Source: Candidatus Aminicenantaceae bacterium | GTDB lineage: Bacteria > Acidobacteriota > Aminicenantia > Aminicenantales > Aminicenantaceae | Assembly (NCBI GenBank): GCA_041821525.1 | Contig: JBGUED010000001.1 | Span: 1-26,334, forward strand | Length of the DNA stretch: 26,334 nt | Reading direction: 5' to 3' | Shown here: piece by piece, positions 1 to 8,470 of the stretch | Numbering within the stretch: the stretch's first letter is position 1 | How the letters are laid out: each line of letters begins with the position of its first letter | Notes under the pieces: model-generated | What the model was told of the DNA's origin: nothing | The model's database searches: none | The model's input: the letters and a program-made list of their open reading frames with translations, nothing else | Made by a program: the position numbers and the translations under genes

Positions 1-227
1 GTGCCGCTGGCCCACTCCCGCCGCCCCTCCGGATCGAGCAGCACGAAGCCGTCCCCCCAGAAAACCTCTACGGGCCGGTCAACCGTTATCTGGACAAAAC
101 AGCCGGATGGCTCATAGGGCCGAACTTCCACTCCAAACCGATGCCCTCCATGTGTAAGCTGGGCCCTAGTTTCATGCTCCGTTCCTTCTACGCGGTTAAG
201 CCTGGCATCAAAACGCTGGGATCTCAT
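1..227 (-). CDS. Partial CDS running off the left edge; hypothetical protein resembling the SelB/EF-Tu domain III beta-barrel
   Basis: Not in the ORF track because there is no stop in the window. ATG at 227-225 follows AGGAG (236-232). The frame is open to base 1: MRSQRFDARLNRVEGTEHETRAQLTHGGHRFGVEVRPYEPSGCFVQITVDRPVEVFWGDGFVLLDPEGRREWASG. The 'VQITVDRPV...GDGFVL...WASG' segment resembles SelB domain III 'aQLrleePv...GDrFvlR...tiGGG'. The CDS call is firmer than the family call. Confidence 0.6.
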   Translation of the reverse strand, partial: MRSQRFDARLNRVEGTEHETRAQLTHGGHRFGVEVRPYEPSGCFVQITVDRPVEVFWGDGFVLLDPEGRREWASG

Positions 228-260
228 CCTGCTCCTGATAACTAATAATCTTGACTTCCC

Positions 261-288
261 ATTATAACCGATCGTGACCAAAGCACAA
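261..288 (-). promoter_or_regulatory. sigma70-type promoter for the left-edge ORF
   Basis: On the minus strand: TTGTGC (288-283), 16 nt spacer, perfect TATAAT (266-261). It lies about 35 nt upstream of the ATG at 227 and upstream of the AGGAG RBS. Confidence 0.6.
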
Positions 289-326
289 CCGAAGATCGGA
301 CCAGACTCGGCCGCCCGACCGAAACA

Positions 327-2393
327 CTACACATGGCTTTCGAAAGAGCGGTCGGCCGGGACCAGCAGCATTCGACGCGCGTCCGGTTCAATGGAAGCCA
401 GAATCACAGCGATCCGCTCGCCCAGCGCCAGGGTCTTCCCCGTTCTTCTGCCCTTCAGGCTGATCTCGGAATCGCGCTCGAAATAATCATCTCCCAGGTC
501 CTGGTACAGGACCAATCCAGTCACAAAAAGGCCATCCAGCTCCACCACCAGGCCAGCCTTGCTTATATCCACCACAAAGCCTTGGAATTCGTCACCCAGG
601 CGTGAGCGCAGGAAGCGATAGATGCGCCATTCCAGGAGCTCGCGCTCCGCCTCTTCGGCGCGGCGTTCACGTTCCGAACACACCCGAGCTACCGCGGACA
701 GAGGGATGTCATCCTGCGCTTCGCCTGCCAGGACGTGTTTGATGATCCGGTGAGTCAAAAGATCGGGATACCGGCGTATGGGCGAGGTGAAGTGGGTGTA
801 GAGGCTCATCCCCAGGCCGAAATGTCCCGAATTCCGCGACGCATAGGAAGCGAGCCTCAGGCTCTTAAGGATCTGGACCGAGAGGTACTTGCCATCCGGA
901 CGCAGCTGAGCCTTCTCCTGTGCCGCCTGAAGATGGCAGGACTCAACCTTCTCCGGGGGAGGCAGAAAGATCCCGAAGTGTGCCAACTGCGCCCGCAGGG
1001 AAGCCAGGTCTGCAAGGGCCGGCGGGGGGTGGACGCGATAAGGAAATGCAACCTCTCTATCTTTGAGAAAGGAAGCCGCCGCCTGGTTGGCGCCCAACAT
1101 GAACTCCTCGATGAGCCCGTGCGCTTCTTTAGGGAGGAAGGGCTCGACTCCCACCAGGATGCCCTCCCGGTAGTGCAGCCGGGGTTCGGGATGCGAAAAG
1201 TCCAGGCTGCCGCTTTTCACCCGGCTCCGCCGCATCTGTCCGGCCAGGGCCCGCATCCGGGACAGGCCATGGAAAAGAGCGGCCCGGCGCCCGGGATCCC
1301 CTCCCTCTCCTGCAAAGAATTTCTCCACCTCCTCATAGGTAAGGCGTGCAGCCGAACGGATCCAGGAGGGCCGGATCCGTGCCGCAAGGATCTCCCCCGT
1401 CAGGTCCACGTCCAGCAGGACCGAAACAGCCAGACGATCCTCCCCGGGTTTCAGGCTGCACGCGCCATTGGACAGGACCTCCGGGAGCATGGGCAGAGCC
1501 TTTTCCGGGAAGTAGACGCTGGTCCCCTTGCGGTAGGCCTCTCGGTCCAAGGCCGTTCCGGTGCGTACAAAATGGGACACGTCCGCGATGTGTACTCCCA
1601 GGAGCAAGCGGTCCGTTCCCTCCTCCCGGATGCTGACCGCGTCGTCGAAGTCCCGGGCGTCTGCGCCATCGATGGTCACGACATCCCAATCCCGCAGGTC
1701 ATCCCTCTCTCCGGGGTCATCGAATCCGGACCGCGCGACCGCTTCGGCTTCTGCCAGGATCTCTGCAGAGAATTCCACGGGAAGATCGTATTTGCGGACC
1801 ATGATCTCAAGGTCCACCCCGGGATCCTCGAGAGATCCCAGCACCTGCACGATCCCCCCCGTCGCCCGGTCGACCTCGACGACCTCTCCGTCTTCGGCGG
1901 GCGCTGGCCCAGGAACGGTCAGCAGGATCTCCTCCCTGGAAGGGGAGTCGTAGGGGACCACGTAGGGGCGCCCCCAATCCGCCCGATAGATCCCCACCAC
2001 CGAGTTCTTGCTCCTCTCCAGTATCCGCAGGATCTTTCCCGCAGGCCCCTTATCCGGCCCGGCCTCGCTGTGGACCAGCTCCACGGTATCGCCCATAACA
2101 GCCCCTGCCGTGTGCCGGGCGGGCACATAGACATCCGGGCTGCTGTTTTTTTCAGGCTGAACAAACAGGAAGGCCCTCCCTACGTGGATCACGCGGCCCC
2201 TGATGATCCGGGTCTGAGGGAGCAAAAAATAGAGGCGCTTGACCCGCAGCAACAGACCCCTGTCCTCCAGCTCCATTAGCCTCTTCTTGAGCAGAGGCTT
2301 CTCACGCTGGAGAAGCCGCAATCCGCGTGCCAGGGACTGAAAGCTGAGCCCTCCGTCGTGTTCTTTTAAAAGCTGGAGGATCTTATGCACCAT
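327..2393 (-). CDS. rnr: Ribonuclease R (RNase II/R family 3'-5' exoribonuclease), 688 aa
   Basis: N-terminal HTH-like segment, cold-shock domains, RNB catalytic motif TIDGADARDFDDA, 'VHIADVSHFV', 'YTHFTSPIRRYPDL', and a C-terminal S1 domain. Confidence 0.95.
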   Translation of the reverse strand: MVHKILQLLKEHDGGLSFQSLARGLRLLQREKPLLKKRLMELEDRGLLLRVKRLYFLLPQTRIIRGRVIHVGRAFLFVQPEKNSSPDVYVPARHTAGAVMGDTVELVHSEAGPDKGPAGKILRILERSKNSVVGIYRADWGRPYVVPYDSPSREEILLTVPGPAPAEDGEVVEVDRATGGIVQVLGSLEDPGVDLEIMVRKYDLPVEFSAEILAEAEAVARSGFDDPGERDDLRDWDVVTIDGADARDFDDAVSIREEGTDRLLLGVHIADVSHFVRTGTALDREAYRKGTSVYFPEKALPMLPEVLSNGACSLKPGEDRLAVSVLLDVDLTGEILAARIRPSWIRSAARLTYEEVEKFFAGEGGDPGRRAALFHGLSRMRALAGQMRRSRVKSGSLDFSHPEPRLHYREGILVGVEPFLPKEAHGLIEEFMLGANQAAASFLKDREVAFPYRVHPPPALADLASLRAQLAHFGIFLPPPEKVESCHLQAAQEKAQLRPDGKYLSVQILKSLRLASYASRNSGHFGLGMSLYTHFTSPIRRYPDLLTHRIIKHVLAGEAQDDIPLSAVARVCSERERRAEEAERELLEWRIYRFLRSRLGDEFQGFVVDISKAGLVVELDGLFVTGLVLYQDLGDDYFERDSEISLKGRRTGKTLALGERIAVILASIEPDARRMLLVPADRSFESHV

Positions 2394-2402
2394 AGTGCGG
2401 GC

Positions 2403-3035
2403 TCAGTAGTAGAAGGGAGACACATGTGGGATCCCATACCTCTCACGGAGGGACTTGACCCATTTGATTCGAACCAGCCGAGACAGTTCCTCACGGTTCT
2501 TGATGCCGTGTTCATCTCTGATCTCGCGGTCCAGGCGAGCGAGGTCAGCTTGAGAGGCCATATGGAAGAGCTGCACTTCGATCGACTCATCCAGCCTTTC
2601 GAGCCGTTCCGGAACACACGGCCCGCAGATCAATTCTTTCTGCAGCCCGGCAAAGACGTCCCGGAGATCCTGGACCGGTGCGGGAAGCTCAGCCAGAAAC
2701 GCCTCCACCGCATTCCCGATCTCCCTGCATTTGTCCTCCTGTGTCACCTTCTGCTCGCCGCGCCCCACTCCTCTGTCACGGAGGAGGGCGTAGGCCTTCA
2801 GCACGTGGGGGTGGCAAAAGACAAGAGTCAGCTTCCGGCCCTTTCGCATTCCTCCCCTCCGGAAGGCATCATATCCCTGCCGCATTCCCTCAAGCACTGT
2901 GGCCAAGGGGATGCCATCCGCTTCCCAGGCCTCGACGATCTCCATTTCCCTGGAGGACAGGACAAAGGGCGAACCCCGAAAGGAAAACAACAGGCGTGCT
3001 ATGGACTGATAATACCGTTCCCGGTCTTTGGACAT
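2403..3035 (-). CDS. Conserved hypothetical protein, 210 aa; N-terminus reminiscent of a DnaD/DnaB_2-like helical domain
   Basis: Fills the gap between coaX and rnr with 9-nt spacers on both sides. Motif 'YY..I...RG.PFVLSSRE..IVEAWEADGIPLA.VLEG'. The domain call is from memory of similar proteins only. Confidence 0.75.
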   Translation of the reverse strand: MSKDRERYYQSIARLLFSFRGSPFVLSSREMEIVEAWEADGIPLATVLEGMRQGYDAFRRGGMRKGRKLTLVFCHPHVLKAYALLRDRGVGRGEQKVTQEDKCREIGNAVEAFLAELPAPVQDLRDVFAGLQKELICGPCVPERLERLDESIEVQLFHMASQADLARLDREIRDEHGIKNREELSRLVRIKWVKSLRERYGIPHVSPFYY

Positions 3036-3044
3036 GCGCGTGCG

Positions 3045-3815
3045 TCAGATCTTCCTGTTTCGCTCGTACAGGAGGCGGAGTCCGTCCAGTACAAGATCCG
3101 GTTCGTGAAAGCCGATGGCGGCGATCTCGCTGTGGATGAGTGACGCGAATCCCCCAGTGGCAACCACGGCAGCTCCCCCGCCCAACTCGTCCTTGAACCT
3201 CTGTATCAGGGCAGAGACCAGTCCGATGTAACCAAAGTACAGGCCTGACTGCATGCTGGAGACGGTAGTCCGGCCGATGGCCTTCTCCGGCTTCAGGATC
3301 TCGATGCTCGGGAGCTTGGCCGTCTTTGCGTACAGGGCTTCGGCCGAGATTCGGACTCCCGGTGCTATGGCGCCCCCCAGGTATTCTCCGCGGGCAGATA
3401 CCGCATCGAGGGTCGTAGCGGTCCCGAAGTCGACTACGATGCAGGGCCCACCATATTTCTCAAACGCAGCCACGGCTGACACGATCCGGTCGGCGCCCAC
3501 CTCCAGAGGATTTTCATACAGAATGGGCATCCCGGTCTTCAGGCCGGGGCCGACCGTCAGGGATTTGATCTGAAACATGCCCCGGCAGAGACCCTGGAAC
3601 ACGGGAGTGAGCGGGGGGACAACACAGGAAAGGATGGCACCCGTGATCTGCTTCTCATCCAAGGAAGAGGACCGCAGTAGCCCGCGTAGGATGACCTTGT
3701 ATTCGTCGCACGTCTTTTCCGCATCAGACCGGATCTTCCAGTTTTCAACCAGCGTTTCCCCCTGGAAAATCCCCATGGCAATGTTGGTGTTCCCGATATC
3801 AATGGCAAAGAGCAT
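3045..3815 (-). CDS. coaX: Type III pantothenate kinase, 256 aa
   Basis: 'AIDIGNTN' ATP-binding motif, 'EVGADRIV', 'VVDFGTATT', 'YLGGAIAPG', 'VVATGG'. Strong GGAGG RBS upstream. Confidence 0.95.
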   Translation of the reverse strand: MLFAIDIGNTNIAMGIFQGETLVENWKIRSDAEKTCDEYKVILRGLLRSSSLDEKQITGAILSCVVPPLTPVFQGLCRGMFQIKSLTVGPGLKTGMPILYENPLEVGADRIVSAVAAFEKYGGPCIVVDFGTATTLDAVSARGEYLGGAIAPGVRISAEALYAKTAKLPSIEILKPEKAIGRTTVSSMQSGLYFGYIGLVSALIQRFKDELGGGAAVVATGGFASLIHSEIAAIGFHEPDLVLDGLRLLYERNRKI

Positions 3816-3866
3816 GGCGGGCCTCCTCCCTCACCCCGCTCGGGGCCGGTTGATGGGCAGATCGGG

Positions 3867-4475
3867 TCACGGTTTTTCCTGCTCTCCCGGCTGGTCAAAC
3901 TGCAACCAGGCCTTGATCTCGGCCTTGACACGGGCTGTGATCCGCTTCTCCAGCTCGCGTTCCATCGCAAGGATCTCCTGTTTGATCTGACTGCGCAGCA
4001 TGTCGTCAGACGCGTGCTCATGGAGCGTCCCGGGCATCGCGGCCTCTGTGACGCGGTCTTCGACCCGGGCCGGTCCCGGCTCCTCTGGAAGCGATTCCGG
4101 CTCACGCGTTCCGCTGATCAGGGTGCGGATCCTGTGGGCCAGCTCCTCCGAGTCAAACGGCTTGGTCACAATCTCATCATAAACAAGCCCTATCACCCGG
4201 GCCTCATCAAACTCCTCGAACGCTGCCTGCAGAAGGACCAGCGGGGTCCGGGCGAATTCCTCCATCCGCCTGATCTGCAGCGCCAGCTCGTAGCCGTCCG
4301 CATGGGGGAGGCTCAAACCCAGCACGATCGCATCCGGGTTGACCTGGGGGAGGAGCCCCATCACTTCGCTGCCATCAGCAGAGGTGTAGAGGTCATAATG
4401 GGAATTCTGGAACGCCATGTGCAGGGCCTTCAGGGCCGAAGGGCTGCTGTCTGCGACAAGCACTCGATACGCCAT
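3867..4475 (-). CDS. Atypical receiver-domain protein with Pro/Glu linker and C-terminal helical region (RomR-like), 202 aa
   Basis: Start reassigned to the ATG at 4475 (MAYRVLVADSS); the track starts at a GTG at 4505. CheY-like fold motifs: 'VLVAD', 'P-D-A-I-V-L-G' (Gly at the phospho-Asp position 53), 'TKPF'. Confidence 0.85.
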   Translation of the reverse strand: MAYRVLVADSSPSALKALHMAFQNSHYDLYTSADGSEVMGLLPQVNPDAIVLGLSLPHADGYELALQIRRMEEFARTPLVLLQAAFEEFDEARVIGLVYDEIVTKPFDSEELAHRIRTLISGTREPESLPEEPGPARVEDRVTEAAMPGTLHEHASDDMLRSQIKQEILAMERELEKRITARVKAEIKAWLQFDQPGEQEKP

Positions 4476-4508
4476 GGTCACCACATCATCCGGATCAGCT
4501 TCCACCTG

Positions 4509-4538
4509 TAGTTATCACGTTTTTCCGCTCCCTGTCAA
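4509..4538 (-). promoter_or_regulatory. Possible internal sigma70 promoter for the receiver-coaX-hypothetical-rnr genes
   Basis: Perfect TTGACA (4538-4533), then TGn plus TAACTA (4514-4509) at 18-nt spacing. The -10 lacks the conserved final T. Confidence 0.4.
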
Positions 4539-4554
4539 ACACGGGTCTTCCGCA

Positions 4555-4947
4555 TCACGTCTTCAAGACTTCTCCAGTGTTGACCACTGAAGTGGCTGCC
4601 TTGGAAGCCACATATTTTTTCAGCGCTTCCTGCTCTGAACCGGCGGCGATGTGGCTGCGGGTATTCGCACATTTCACGGCAAAACGGCCGGCTTCCTGAT
4701 CCACGAAGATCTCCACACGGCTGATCCCCGTCATCTGATACATCCGCAGCCTGAGGTTAATGTTCATCTCCTCGGGGGTTGCCGAAGGATGACATTCCGG
4801 AAGCATCTCACACAGGTTCTGCATCGCCTGCCAGAAGGTCTCCCCCTGTGCATATTGGGACAGGTATTCTGTCAGGGCCACGTTCACGTGCTGATGAAGA
4901 ACGCTCCAGAAGGTATATTTGCTCAATTCCTCGGCTCCTCTCCTCAT
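4555..4947 (-). CDS. Hypothetical protein, 130 aa (123 aa if started at TTG 4926)
   Basis: The ATG directly abuts the dnaE TAA. An alternative TTG at 4926 has AGGAG 8 nt upstream. It fills the gap between dnaE and the next gene. No motif recognised. Confidence 0.65.
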   Translation of the reverse strand: MRRGAEELSKYTFWSVLHQHVNVALTEYLSQYAQGETFWQAMQNLCEMLPECHPSATPEEMNINLRLRMYQMTGISRVEIFVDQEAGRFAVKCANTRSHIAAGSEQEALKKYVASKAATSVVNTGEVLKT

Positions 4948-7900
4948 TTAATACTGGATGAAGACCATGTTTTTACCCAGGAGATCCTCCAGGGGTTTTA
5001 TCAATCGGTCGGATGGCGATATTCCCTGAATGTCCACAGACTGGACGACCAGTCGGTCGGAATCTTCGGTCTTAAGTTCGAAATAAACCGGGCATTCCCC
5101 GGGATTCTCGCTCAGGATGGCCTTGAGCTCACCGAACACACTCTGCTCCAGCCCGGCCAATTCGATCCGGAGGACCATCCGCTTTGCCCGTATCTGGAAC
5201 GCCTTCTCCAGGGGCATAACCTGGAGGGCCTGCAGTTTGTTCCGATCTCCGTTGCCCTGCAGCCGCCCCTTGACCCAGACCAACAGGTCCTCCCGGATAG
5301 AATCGTAGCTGCTCTTGTAGCAATCCGGGAAGGCCACCGCCTCCACGCGCCCACTCATGTCCTCCAGCATAAAGGTGGCCATCCGTTCGTCCTTCCGGGT
5401 CTTCAGCAGCCTGATCGAGGAAATGATTCCCGCGAGGCTGACCTCCACATCTGCTGCCTGGGTGTCATCCAGGCGATCGATGGTGTGGGTGATGAGGCCC
5501 TTGAGCCTGCGGCCGTACTGGGCAAGCGGATGCCCGCTGATATAGAATCCCAGGGCCTCCTTCTCATGCGCCAGGAAGACCTGTTCATCCCATTCGCTCA
5601 TCTCGAGGATTCCCCTGGGGATAGGGGGCGGCTCGAGCTGCCCGGAACCGAAGAGGAGGGTCTGATTGGAGGCTTCGGCCCTCTGATAATCTCCGGCATA
5701 GATGATCATCGTGTCGAGGAAACCGAAGAGCTGGCTGCGCTTGAATCCCAGGCCGTCCAGGGCCCCGGATTTGATAAGGCTCTCGATGACCTTCCGATTG
5801 ATGGCCTTGGGATCCACTTCCCTGCACACATCGAAGGGAGAGGCGAATGCCCCTCCCCCCCCATCCAGACTGTGGCGGGCCTCGATCAAGGCCCGTACAG
5901 CCCCTTCCCCCACGTTTTTCACGGCGACCAGTCCGAAGCGGATGCCTTCTCCCTCTGCGCTGAAATGCAGCTCGCTCCGGTTGATATCCGGGGGGAGCAC
6001 CGTGATCCCCATCTCCCGGCATTCGTTGATGTATCTGACGACCTGGGGCGTGGCGCCCCGCTCCGCTTCAGATGTCAGGAGCGCCGCCAGAAAGAACACC
6101 GGGTAATGGGCCTTGAGGAAGGCCGTCTGGAACGCCAGGTAGGCATATGCGGCACTGTGCGACTTATTGAACCCATAGCCCGCGAAATATTTGATCTGTT
6201 CGAAGATCTTGTTGGCCTTGGCCGAACTGATCCCGTTTTTTTTGGCCCCGTCCACGAAGCGTTTTTTCTGGGCCTTCATGACGGCCGTTTTCTTCTTGCC
6301 CATGGCCTTGCGCAGCAAGTCGGCCTCTGCCATACTGAATCCCGCGATATCTGTGGCGATGCGCATGACCTGTTCTTGGTAGACGATAAGTCCCTTGGTT
6401 TCCTTGAGAATGGGTTCCAGTTCCGGAGGATCGTATTTAATCCGCTTGGGATCGTGCTTACAGCGGATGAAATCCTCGGTCATGCCGCTCTGAAGGGGGC
6501 CCGGCCGGTACAGGGCGTTCATAGCGATGAGGTCGCGGAAGGTCTCCGGTTTGAAGCGCCGCAGGAGATCCTTCATCCCTGAGCTTTCGAACTGGAAAAC
6601 GCCGTCGGTGTTGCCTTCCTGGAAAACCCGGAACGTCAACTCGTCATCCAGGGGCATGTCATTCAGATCGATCCGTTCTCCGGTAGCCTCCAGCACCTGG
6701 TCTTTGGTGTCCTGGATCACGGTCAAGTTCCGGAGGCCCAGCAGGTCCATCTTGAGGAGCCCAATGGACTCCACGTCCTGCATGGGGAACTGGGTCGTGA
6801 TTTCCTCCCTGGCCGATTGATACAGGGGGATGAATTCCACCAGGGGGCGGGGCGTGATCACGATGCCGGCCGCATGGATAGAGGCGTGCCGCACCTGTCC
6901 TTCCAGCCTCTTGGCCACGTTCAGCAGGTTGGCCACTCGCGGGTCCTTTTCCTTCAAAGATTTCAACTGGGGGATCTTCTCGGAAGCGGCGGATATTGAG
7001 GAATCTTCACCCAGGGGAGGGATCATCTTGGCGATCTTATCCACCTCGGGTAGGGGCACCTCCAGAGCCCTCCCCACGTCCCGGATGGCCTGGCGTGCCG
7101 CCATGGTACCGAAGGTGATGATCTGACAGACGTTGTCGCGGCCGAACTTCTGGGTCACATACTCGATGACCTCGTCACGGCGCCGCCCGCAGAAATCTAT
7201 GTCGATATCCGGCAGGCTAATGCGCTCCGGGTTGAGGAACCTCTCAAAAAGGAGATCGTACTCCAGGGGGTCGATCACGGTGATTCCGAGGCTGTAAGCC
7301 AGGAGACTCCCCGCCGCCGAACCTCGTCCCGGCCCCACGGGGATGTTCTGGGAATGGGCGAAACGGATCATATCCCAAACGATCAGGAAGTACCCCTCGA
7401 ACCCCATTTCCCGGACCAGCTGGATCTCTTTTTCAAGGCGTGCTTCATAATCCCTGGCCGGCGGCAGTTCGCCTGCTGCGATGCGAGGGGAGAGCTGCTG
7501 CATCCTTTCCTGATAGCCCGATCGCACCACTTCTTCAAAATACTCCCCCAGCGACTTGCCATCTGGAGCATCGAACCGGGGGAGGTGATATCCCGAGGAG
7601 GTGAGTTCAAAAGCACACTTCTCCGCCACCAGGGCGGTGTTGCTCACGGCCTCCGGCGCGTCCGGGAACAGCGCCAGCATCTCTTCCCTGGACTTGAAAT
7701 AGAACTCCTTGCTCCCGAAGCAGATGCGGTCCTGGTCCGATACACGCTTGTTGGTTTGAATGCAGAGGAGGATGTCGTGGCTGTCCGCATCCTGTTTGTT
7801 CAGATAATGCACGTCGTTGGTAGCTACCAGGGGAATACCCAGTTTCCGGGCCAGCTGGATAAGGTGCGGGTTGATCTTCTTCTGCGGTTCCAGCCCATGG

Positions 7901-8436
7901 TTTTGAAGCTCAATATAGAAATCCCCATCCGGGAACAGCGACATGTAGGTCAGGGCCGCCTCCTCAGCCTTGTCCTCCAAACCCCGGCTCAGATAATCGC
8001 TGACTTCCCCCTGGAGGCACGCGGACAGGGCGATCAGTCCTTCCCCGAATTCCGAGAGCAGTTCCTTGTCCACGCGCGGCCGATAGTAAAAGCCCTCCAG
8101 ATAGCTCTTGGTGATGAGTTGACAGAGGTTCCGGTAGCCAGCGGCATCTTTCACCAGGAGCACCAGGTGGTAGTGCCCGGGCCCGTCCGTGAAGGGTTTC
8201 TTGTGCTTCCGGCCCAGAGGTGCCACATACACCTCACACCCCAAGACGGGATTGATCGCCGTGTCATGAGCCGCCTGGAAGAACGGGATGGCGCCAAAGA
8301 TGTTGCCGTGGTCGGTGAGGGCGACAGCGGGCATGTTCGCCCGGACCGCCGCCTCGACCAGTTCGGCCGGTTTGACAGCCCCATCCAGGAGGCTGAAATC
8401 CGAGTGCGTGTGCAGATGGACGAAATTCGATGCCAT
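4948..8436 (-). CDS. dnaE: DNA polymerase III alpha subunit, about 1162 aa
   Basis: Start reassigned to the ATG at 8436 (MASNFVHLHTHSDFSLLDG), because the track start overlaps guaA. PHP domain, 'GPGRGSAAGS', catalytic 'PDIDIDF' and 'KMDLLGL', 'FAGYGFNKSHSAAY', OB fold and C-terminal domain. No intein-sized insertion. Confidence 0.97.
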   Translation of the reverse strand: MASNFVHLHTHSDFSLLDGAVKPAELVEAAVRANMPAVALTDHGNIFGAIPFFQAAHDTAINPVLGCEVYVAPLGRKHKKPFTDGPGHYHLVLLVKDAAGYRNLCQLITKSYLEGFYYRPRVDKELLSEFGEGLIALSACLQGEVSDYLSRGLEDKAEEAALTYMSLFPDGDFYIELQNHGLEPQKKINPHLIQLARKLGIPLVATNDVHYLNKQDADSHDILLCIQTNKRVSDQDRICFGSKEFYFKSREEMLALFPDAPEAVSNTALVAEKCAFELTSSGYHLPRFDAPDGKSLGEYFEEVVRSGYQERMQQLSPRIAAGELPPARDYEARLEKEIQLVREMGFEGYFLIVWDMIRFAHSQNIPVGPGRGSAAGSLLAYSLGITVIDPLEYDLLFERFLNPERISLPDIDIDFCGRRRDEVIEYVTQKFGRDNVCQIITFGTMAARQAIRDVGRALEVPLPEVDKIAKMIPPLGEDSSISAASEKIPQLKSLKEKDPRVANLLNVAKRLEGQVRHASIHAAGIVITPRPLVEFIPLYQSAREEITTQFPMQDVESIGLLKMDLLGLRNLTVIQDTKDQVLEATGERIDLNDMPLDDELTFRVFQEGNTDGVFQFESSGMKDLLRRFKPETFRDLIAMNALYRPGPLQSGMTEDFIRCKHDPKRIKYDPPELEPILKETKGLIVYQEQVMRIATDIAGFSMAEADLLRKAMGKKKTAVMKAQKKRFVDGAKKNGISSAKANKIFEQIKYFAGYGFNKSHSAAYAYLAFQTAFLKAHYPVFFLAALLTSEAERGATPQVVRYINECREMGITVLPPDINRSELHFSAEGEGIRFGLVAVKNVGEGAVRALIEARHSLDGGGGAFASPFDVCREVDPKAINRKVIESLIKSGALDGLGFKRSQLFGFLDTMIIYAGDYQRAEASNQTLLFGSGQLEPPPIPRGILEMSEWDEQVFLAHEKEALGFYISGHPLAQYGRRLKGLITHTIDRLDDTQAADVEVSLAGIISSIRLLKTRKDERMATFMLEDMSGRVEAVAFPDCYKSSYDSIREDLLVWVKGRLQGNGDRNKLQALQVMPLEKAFQIRAKRMVLRIELAGLEQSVFGELKAILSENPGECPVYFELKTEDSDRLVVQSVDIQGISPSDRLIKPLEDLLGKNMVFIQY

Positions 8437-8470
8437 GATCTTCAACGCTTTAGAGCGGAATGCATGCCGA

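Noticed and set aside
305-325. Short hairpin after the rnr stop as a terminator
   Set aside because: Only a 6-bp stem with a wobble pair, and no U-tract.
735-2279. 514-aa plus-strand ORF antisense to rnr
   Set aside because: Shadow ORF on the opposite strand of a well-supported gene; no recognisable motifs; expected in GC-rich DNA.
4490-4557. TGA-TGC at the end of the 130-aa ORF as possible selenocysteine read-through, prompted by the SelB-like gene
   Set aside because: The read-through is short, ends at another TGA and crosses a probable promoter; no SECIS-like hairpin or redox motif is recognisable.
4948-8436. Intein in DnaE
   Set aside because: The length (about 1162 aa) is normal and the motifs are contiguous; no splice-junction or LAGLIDADG motifs.
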